The notes under the pieces were generated by a model that searched no databases, had not been told where the DNA came from, and saw only the letters and a program-made list of their open reading frames with translations. From Minutocellus sp. GHC0000111 (lineage: Eukaryota), in assembly GCA_977018835.1 (NCBI GenBank), contig OZ361256.1:2666001-2730000 (forward strand): a stretch of DNA of 64,000 bases. The letters run 5' to 3'. Positions 56,812 through 64,000 of this stretch are shown one piece after another (positions within the stretch are counted from its first letter, which is position 1; each line of letters begins with the position of its first letter). The position numbers were made by a program, and so were the translations under genes.

Positions 56812-59800
56812 ATGGTCCGATATGCTGCCGCTGCCGCCGCTGCCGCTACATGGTGGCTCAACGGCTTGGCTTTAGTATGCATAATCTCATCTTTTAGCCA
56901 TAATGGCGCTTGGGCTGCCGAGATTGCCGACGCCGATGACTATGGCTGGGCTACTAGCGTCGATCCTGTTGAGGTCGACAAAATCAAAAATAAAGAATCA
57001 GGTAAATCATTCAACAAAGATACTAGTAAAGACACGAACGACAAGGATAAGGACGACGACAAGGACAAGAACGACCAGAAGGAAAAGAACGACCAGAAGG
57101 AAGGTCCGGACAACAAAGCCGATCCCAACAAAGACGCCGGCTCCAAAGAAGTGAATCTCTGGTCGATTCCAGCGGCTATCGCCAACATCACTGGACAAGC
57201 GCCCATCGTCGATTGGCAAAAATATCTCTCAAACGACCCCTTTGGTGAAGACCACGGCAACGGGCCAATCTCCGTGAACGATTTCGTCGGTGGATCTACT
57301 TGGCCATTCACTTCAACATGCCTGACTGGGGATCAGATGGAAGTAAGTCAATACGGACAAGAGCTATGCATCGGAGTTGGGGAGGGTATTTGCATCGATG
57401 GATGGAATTTCGGCATCAGATATAACGGTCTGAGCACCTACGTCATGCTCTGGAAGGACGGCGACGACGGCAGTCCAGCATACAAGTGGTTCCCAGGAGC
57501 TCTTCAGTTGTGCATTGGAGAGCAGAGACTGTTTGGTGGACATAAGGTGGACCAGAACGATGAGTACAAGTCCCCCAGTGTGGACTATCTTCGAGTCGTC
57601 TACGATCGCTGCCACTACTATCTGATCGGGCCTGGATCTGTGAAAGCCGGCAAGTTTGCAAAGCTCAAGATATCAGAGGATAAGGAGAAGGATAAGCCCC
57701 TTGAAGTCAAGTTCAGTAAACTTTGGAAGATCCACGCAAATGGACAAGCGGAGTCGAGTCCTGATGCTATTTGGTATCCCATCCCTTGCGATTCTTGGTA
57801 TTTTGGAAGCTCCAACCCAAGCGATTTGATTTCCTTGCGTGGACCGTTGGACGAGAACAATGCCCTGCCTTCCACGAGTCCGGTGACTAGCCCAACCTCT
57901 ACTCAGCCCACTCAATCTCCCAGCACTGCGCCAGTATCAGCTCATCCTACAAGAGGACCTTCGTCGTCGCCGGTATCAGACAGTCCAACTAGAGGCCCAA
58001 GCGCAGCTCCGGTTTCCGATCATCCCACAAGAGCCCCTTCCTCGTCGCCGGTATCGGACAGCCCCACGCCTGGCCCAAGTTCCTCGCCGGTGTCTTCTTC
58101 TCCTACTCGCATTCCTTCTTCGTCGCCGGTATCAGACAGTCCAACTAGAGACCCAAGTGCCGCGCCGGTCTCTACTTCTCCCACAGACGCTCCAGGCACC
58201 TCCGAGCCATCGACTAAGCCAACTTCTGCTCCTGTTACTGCGAAGCCATCGGCCAAGCCGACTTCGGCTCCTGTCGTCACTGAGATCGCCACAAAGGCCA
58301 CCGAGAAAACGCCGGTCTCGACAACCCCTGCACCGCCCACACCGGTGCCATCAGCCAAGCCAAAGACCGCCAGTCCAACAGCCGGACCAACCACATCCCC
58401 GATGTCTCAGAGCCCTACAGCTCGTCCAAGTCTTTCGCCGATATCAAATCAACCGACGAAGACACCATCCACCTCTCCCACGAAGGTGCCCTCCACAGCA
58501 TCACCGACCAAGCCACCCAGCCAAGCCCCAGTGTCGAGTCCTCCCACAGCTGCCCCTGTTACGCCAGAACCATCATCTGGACCTACCAAGGCGCCTGTAC
58601 CCATTTCGACGCCATCTCCCACGCGTAATACTTCAACAAATTTGAGGGCTGGTACTCAACAGACAAATGATGAGCCAGCCGGATACGAACTGAGAATGAC
58701 AACGCCAAAGGAGGCTTGGATGTGGACTCGAGATTACTCTCGTTGTAATCGACGTCTTGAAGTCTGGGAAGACCAAGGAGACGAAGAGGATTCGACAGCG
58801 AATGATCAAAAGGGGTTCCGTTGGGGATTCAAGAACCGTTTCGGTGGAGGTGATGAGGAGGAGGAGGACGTAGGCGACGACATTGGTGCCCATACAAATG
58901 ACGATATGGACTACGCCGTCTTTGGGGAACGAAGCAAGGAGATTAAAACTTCGGAGCGCGTCTTTGACGACATCGGCGGTGATGACATCGTCGAAGTGGA
59001 CAAGAATGACAAGAACGATAAGAATGACAAGAATAAGGATCATGGTGACAAAAATCAAGACCAGAAAGTTGATGATGGCATCGATGCAGATGAGATGAAT
59101 GCAAGTAAGGAAATTAACAAGGCATGTATTCCAGCCGTGATCCCGGAGGGGAGAGCATCGACAACTCCCATTACTTCTACACAGACATGTCCTTCCAGAT
59201 TCTCACCTTTCAGTGGGCCAGCTACCGTTAGTCGTTTGGATGGAAAAATTGTTCCAGAAAGCAGCGGCATATGCGCTAGCCGAATCAATCCAAACGTAAT
59301 TTGGACTCTCAACGACTACTCCAATCAGGCCACGCTGCATGCGGTCGACTCCACCGACGGTTCAGTTCGACAATACCCCATCGCCAATGGCAACAATTAT
59401 GACTACGAGGACATTGCCTGCGGTCCAGGACCCATTCCAGACGTTGCGTACATCTATGCGGCCGACATCGGCGACAACATGGCTCGCCGTGGCTTCAAAT
59501 ACTTCTTTGGACGTCTCACGTGGCAACCCGTCATCATCTATCGAATCCGTGAGCCCAACCTAACCGCCCTCCAAGATTCTGAGCTGACGCAGTGGGACAA
59601 ATTGGAGATAACCTACAGCGACGGCCCGCACAACGCCGAGGCGATGATGATCGACCCGATATCTCGCAGAATCTTCATCATTACCAAATCAAGTGGATCG
59701 ATCTGGATGGCGCCAAGGGAATGGGGACCAGGAGATGCCAAGATGACGCTGACAAAGGTAGGCATGATCAAGACGATGCCGCACCAATTGACGGGTATAG

Positions 59801-60072
59801 ACATTAGTCCAGATGGCAAGGAGATTGTGGCGAAGTTCTACACCCACATAATCTACTTTTGTTTGGGGGATCGACAGTACGATAATCCGGAAGATGCCTG
59901 GCAAGAGATTGCGAGGGTTTTGAATACAGAGAGTGGAATTCAAGTGCCATACATTGCCGAGCCACAGGGAGAGGCGGTGTGTTTCGGTTCGAGTTTCGAC
60001 GAAGGTATCTATACCTTGTCTGAGGCCCAGGACAGAGAGCTGGTGCCCCTTATCCATCATGAGAGGTTGTAG
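56812..60072 (+). CDS. Secreted PT-repeat + beta-propeller protein, copy C (intact, 1086 aa)
   Basis: Signal peptide (WWLNGLALVCIISS...AWA), K/D-rich tract, Cys-containing N domain, ~280 aa of S/T/P repeats, CNRRLE, C-terminal propeller (ESSG, DYEDIA, ADIGDN, HNAEA, DISPDG, QGEAVCF). Confidence 0.85.
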   Translation: MVRYAAAAAAAATWWLNGLALVCIISSFSHNGAWAAEIADADDYGWATSVDPVEVDKIKNKESGKSFNKDTSKDTNDKDKDDDKDKNDQKEKNDQKEGPDNKADPNKDAGSKEVNLWSIPAAIANITGQAPIVDWQKYLSNDPFGEDHGNGPISVNDFVGGSTWPFTSTCLTGDQMEVSQYGQELCIGVGEGICIDGWNFGIRYNGLSTYVMLWKDGDDGSPAYKWFPGALQLCIGEQRLFGGHKVDQNDEYKSPSVDYLRVVYDRCHYYLIGPGSVKAGKFAKLKISEDKEKDKPLEVKFSKLWKIHANGQAESSPDAIWYPIPCDSWYFGSSNPSDLISLRGPLDENNALPSTSPVTSPTSTQPTQSPSTAPVSAHPTRGPSSSPVSDSPTRGPSAAPVSDHPTRAPSSSPVSDSPTPGPSSSPVSSSPTRIPSSSPVSDSPTRDPSAAPVSTSPTDAPGTSEPSTKPTSAPVTAKPSAKPTSAPVVTEIATKATEKTPVSTTPAPPTPVPSAKPKTASPTAGPTTSPMSQSPTARPSLSPISNQPTKTPSTSPTKVPSTASPTKPPSQAPVSSPPTAAPVTPEPSSGPTKAPVPISTPSPTRNTSTNLRAGTQQTNDEPAGYELRMTTPKEAWMWTRDYSRCNRRLEVWEDQGDEEDSTANDQKGFRWGFKNRFGGGDEEEEDVGDDIGAHTNDDMDYAVFGERSKEIKTSERVFDDIGGDDIVEVDKNDKNDKNDKNKDHGDKNQDQKVDDGIDADEMNASKEINKACIPAVIPEGRASTTPITSTQTCPSRFSPFSGPATVSRLDGKIVPESSGICASRINPNVIWTLNDYSNQATLHAVDSTDGSVRQYPIANGNNYDYEDIACGPGPIPDVAYIYAADIGDNMARRGFKYFFGRLTWQPVIIYRIREPNLTALQDSELTQWDKLEITYSDGPHNAEAMMIDPISRRIFIITKSSGSIWMAPREWGPGDAKMTLTKVGMIKTMPHQLTGIDISPDGKEIVAKFYTHIIYFCLGDRQYDNPEDAWQEIARVLNTESGIQVPYIAEPQGEAVCFGSSFDEGIYTLSEAQDRELVPLIHHERL

Positions 60073-60251
60073 ATTTATCATCAATCATCGAGGGAAATTC
60101 CTTCTTCTTCAATGGTTTCTCTCTCGGACGACATTCTGTACTGTAAAAGTAAATACGTAGAGTGATCGATTGCTGTCTGATTCATCGTTCTACATGATGA
60201 AACCAAATTAAAATACTCTACAACCTAGCATTTTGTTCTTGTGATGGTCGT

Positions 60252-62821
60252 TCACTTCTTCTTTTTTCTGTCAGACTTCTTCTTCTTTGACTTCTTTGAA
60301 CTTTTCTTCTTCTGCTTGGATTGTTCCTTCGAGTGACCTTTGCGTGGTGCCAGAGATGTGATGGCGATGGAACGATCACCATTGCTCTCTTTGAGAGCGG
60401 CGATGGCCTTGGCTCGGGAGCAGGAGGCCCGAGACATGGCGAGCTTGATATCCTCTTCCTCTCGTAAAGATGTACTATCGTAGAGATACAAAGTGGAGCC
60501 ATCTTTGACGCCATAGTCTCTTAAGTACCGAAGCTTACCATTGATCTCGGACCCTAATTCACGCTCACCCTGGGCGCTTTCGATGCAAATGATCTGTTCA
60601 TCTACAGGAATTGAATGCCTCAATTCGATTCGTCGCTTCAGATTATCAATATTATCATCGACCACAAGCTCGAAGTTGCCGATGATGTTTTCGTCCTTAT
60701 TACTTCTCACGTTGCGTGGACAAATGCGCACACAAACGCCGACTTGGGCAAGCAATTTGTCTCCATCTTCGATGTCATAATCACCGATGCATGTGCCACG
60801 GATGAGTGGCCCGCGATGATGAAGGACGATGCGATCAGGGTCAATGTCACATATCTTAGCGACGTTCGACTGAACTGTTTCAATCGCAGTTTCAGGAGTC
60901 GCATCAAGCCAGATATTTTCATCAATGTCATTAGCGCCATTTGTTTCAAACGAATCTTGAGTCTCTACAAGTACGTCCACAAAGAGGAGAAGTGTTGCCC
61001 CCCGAGAAGGAAGGTGAAGATTGATCCTCAACGTTCCTTTTGTGGCCTTCGTCAAGTAAGTACTTGCTAAATCAGCATCCTGAAGCTGGCACCAAGCCCC
61101 AGTTGCGTTACCTCCCTTGAGGTACTGAAAAAGGCGCTGTTTATTGGCAGGATACTGGTCCCTCCCCTTGGTGTACATTAAAAGCCGTTGTTTATTGGCA
61201 GGATACTGAAGACCAGCCTCAAGCTTTGACTTTATATCACGGACACTATCAAATCGACTTGTTTCAAGGCAAATTGAGTCGCCATATGGAAGGGCACAGA
61301 CGATTTTACTTGAACTGATCAAACGGAGAGAAAGATGGATTGTTGCTTCCTTGTCAATGTTGTACGTCGAAATCATTTTTTTGCCCTCTAGCTCCTTTCC
61401 AGAAAAGACAAGGCGCTGATTTCCCGGGGGTATTCCTTCCTTATCATAGATGTTCTCCTTGAGGGTCGACACGCGATCTGATAATCTGATGGTAATGGTT
61501 ATAGATTTGCCACTCAAATTCTTCACAAACACTTGGATCCCATCCACTGGAAGTGGCGGGTGGATGCTGACCAGTTTGCGCTTGCTCTTGTCCCAATCCT
61601 TTCTGTCCCAGAAGCGAGCACCAGATCTATTGAGCCAAGCAAGGTATGCAACGCCCCCGAGCAACTCGCCCGCTCGGCAAAGATAGTCCGCCGCTTTGCT
61701 ATTGTCGGCCTCCACATGCGACCCTGATAGGTAATACGAACTGAGCTTGAACTTGCTTCTCCATTGCCCTCATCAGACGAACGGGTGAGCCATTTCACAT
61801 GATTTGCATCATCACCGTCCTCATAGTACATGGATGCAAGAAAGTAACAATACTTCCCCCGAATGTTGGCATCGGCACTTTTCTCAGCTACCAAACGAAA
61901 GCATTCTTTGATCACATCACGGGGCTTTGACTTTGAGCCGAGATAACATCTCCCAAGCTTCCCGATGGCACCGATATGGCCCTGTTCTGCCGCCAACTTC
62001 AAGAACTTGTAGTACAGATACTTTTTCCCTTTGCGGTGATATAGGTGGGCCAACCAGAAGCTTGCCTCAAAGTGTCTAGCGCTTGCTGCTACCTCCAAGC
62101 ACGGTACGAGACTGACCCAATCCCTCATGTCGTGGCACAAATATGCCTTCTGTATAAAAAGAAAGGGATCTTTTCCCAATGTCACATCTTTTTCGATCGT
62201 CACAAAGTGCGAAGAATCGAGAAGCTCGCTTGCTTTTTGTAAATCTCTTTCGATTCCAAGTCCAAGGTGTCCAACGGTATACATTTGAGCCAAGATGCGG
62301 GCGGAAGGTGCATAGACTTTGCCAGTACTAACGGCCCTTTCCAAAAGACTCAGTCCGAGCTTCGGTGCTGGCTTCGCCACCACCGATGTTGATTCTGCAG
62401 GGCCCATGCCACAATGATACATCCCTAAAAAGTGCTCTGCAAATTTTATCCCTTTTGCGGCCTTTGCGAAGAGTAGCCGTTCACATTCCTGTCGTGTACT
62501 CGGCAAAGGAATGCCGCACATGTGACAATGAGAGGCATTCATGCTGTGCTTTAAACAGAGGCAAGTGACGCACACGTAAATGCCACAACACGGAATGAGG
62601 GCGACGACCACGTCGTCGTAGAAAGGATTTGTCTCCGCACAGCATATCGGGCATTCCAAGCGCTCTCCGATGGCACTATGCTCAAAGTCCGTCGGTCGGC
62701 CCAGCACCAACGGAGTCGACGAGTCCTCCGCCACGAAAAGCCGCGCAGAAGCCAGGGAAAAGTCATCCTTCGCGGATTTCTGGTCAGCCCATGCCCGGGC
62801 CAAGGCCTCGCTAGATGCCAT
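60252..62821 (-). pseudogene. RING finger + Sel1-like repeats + tandem ubiquitin-like domains + NAC-alpha/HYPK-type UBA; 1-nt frameshift ~61753
   Basis: ECPICC...PCCG..VCVTC...CHMC; Sel1-like AAEQGHIGAIGKLG. GNGEA continues in the shifted frame as [39 protein letters not shown]...[19 protein letters not shown] (ubiquitin-like, no GG); [28 protein letters not shown]. The frameshift could be an assembly error. Confidence 0.7.
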
Positions 62822-63704
62822 GGCTATTCCTTCCAACCGTTAACGATACTACCTGACTACCCCTGCACCATCAGCCTCGGGTTCCAATGGCGTGGAAGCA
62901 GAGCAAGATACCTTCTTATCTTCTCGCTTCTCGCTCACTCGCTCGTCGGCTCTCGATCTCGGCGCTCGCCTCGGCGTATGCCTCGCTCGCCCTCATTTTG
63001 CAATGGAACGAGTCGATTGAGTCGTCACTTTGTTAAACGTCTTACCAACAACACCGAAATGGTCGTCCATTGACCCTGTGTTCTTGTACGAGCTCCACCA
63101 ATTTCTCAAACATAGCAAATCTGCTAAAATGGTACGAGGTCTGAAAATATTTTAAAAAGCTCCCACCAGGACCTAAACCGTTCCAACCCACCACCCTCAT
63201 TCTTGTTCTGACCCGCCTTTGGCCACCGAAGCAATCGATCGGGTAAGGGAAAGCGGTAGCAACAGACCACAGCCACAATCGCGTTGGCAATCGACCACCG
63301 CACCCCCCAGTTGCATCTATCTGTCTTGGATCCGGCGAGTGGAATTCATTCGACTCGACTCTCGACGGTACCGCCTCTCGCTCTTCATTCTTTCGACCGG
63401 CGGCGCGGCCTTGTGCTCACTTTCCTCACTTGCAACGCCGGCGCAACCGCGCAGCTGCTGTCGTAATTGCGACTCCACTCCCATCGTCCGTCTGTTTGGG
63501 TACTTGACTTCAAGTCGGTCTGTTGCGGAACTAAACCTTTCATCGAGCGCATCTTGTGTCGTACTTGGGATTGTGGCCGAGAAAAACCGGCACGATCTGA
63601 ATTGAATTTGAAAAACAGAAAAAAAAACAGCACATACCACATACATACATTGAACCCCGAAGGTCGATTTGAATTGAATCGAAGTTGAACAATTGGGAAC
63701 CAAA

Positions 63705-64000
63705 ATGGCCGGCCTCAAGTCCAAGATGCTGGCCCGGGGCCGGAAGATGACCGGCAAGCCGTCGTCCTCTGCCGCGTCGGTCGCCTCGTCTACTGCCAAA
63801 TCGGCCGCCGCGTCGTCCTCCGAGGCCGCCAGGGCCGCCGCCGTGGCCAAGCTGGCGGCCATCCGCAAGGAGAAGGAGGCCGCGGCCGCCGCTTCTACGG
63901 CCGCCGCCTCGACTTCACCCGCCGCCGCCATTGACGACGTCGACAGCCCGTCGAACCGGACCGCCGCCACCTCGGCCATGGCCACTCCCTCACCGACCAA
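63705..64000 (+). CDS. Partial CDS (5' end), Ala/Ser-rich low-complexity N-terminus, unknown product
   Basis: aaaATGg at 63705; open to the window end with strong GC3 codon bias: MAGLKSKMLARGRKMTGKPSSSAASVASS... Confidence 0.65.
   Translation, partial: MAGLKSKMLARGRKMTGKPSSSAASVASSTAKSAAASSSEAARAAAVAKLAAIRKEKEAAAAASTAAASTSPAAAIDDVDSPSNRTAATSAMATPSPT

Noticed and set aside
57880..58620. Regularly spaced direct repeats (TCGTCGCCGGTATC...) as a CRISPR-like array
   Set aside because: Coding S/T/P peptide repeats within a eukaryotic ORF; no unique spacers or cas genes.
63317..64000. 227-aa minus-strand ORF at the right edge
   Set aside because: Antisense shadow of the plus-strand CDS starting at 63705, which has a good start context and codon bias.

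Overview
Gene-dense eukaryotic nuclear DNA, almost certainly a diatom or related stramenopile (short GT-AG introns; a signal peptide + 'EA-FAP' plastid-targeting motif; diatom-style S/T/P-rich secreted proteins with RRL sites). About 21 protein-coding loci, two cut by the window edges. Recognisable genes: a KCTD-type BTB protein, a CK2-beta-like subunit with a possible signal peptide, three GT77-like glycosyltransferase paralogues, a TKL-type kinase, a PHD/CXXC/ARM chromatin protein, a histidine phosphatase, two MATE transporter paralogues, three secreted PT-repeat/beta-propeller paralogues (two as an inverted pair), a DUF229-DUF229-methyltransferase fusion, an SLC35F6-like transporter, PPIP5K/VIP1, an SFC1-like mitochondrial carrier and a RING-Sel1-Ubl-UBA protein. 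Highlights: (1) a protein with an F-box-like motif followed by fused H3-like and H4-like histone folds and acidic tails, head-to-head (142 bp) with the PHD/CXXC reader; (2) a disrupted Gfo/Idh/MocA dehydrogenase + aldonolactone oxidase + GT2 triple fusion that looks like a one-gene sugar-to-ascorbate-analogue-glycoside pathway; (3) a 410-bp MITE with a 4-bp TSD; (4) many TA-flanked palindromes, one captured as a fresh insertion in a paralogue, consistent with DNA-transposon excision footprints. Six loci carry frameshifts or stops. All family assignments come from motif recognition by eye; no database search was run.
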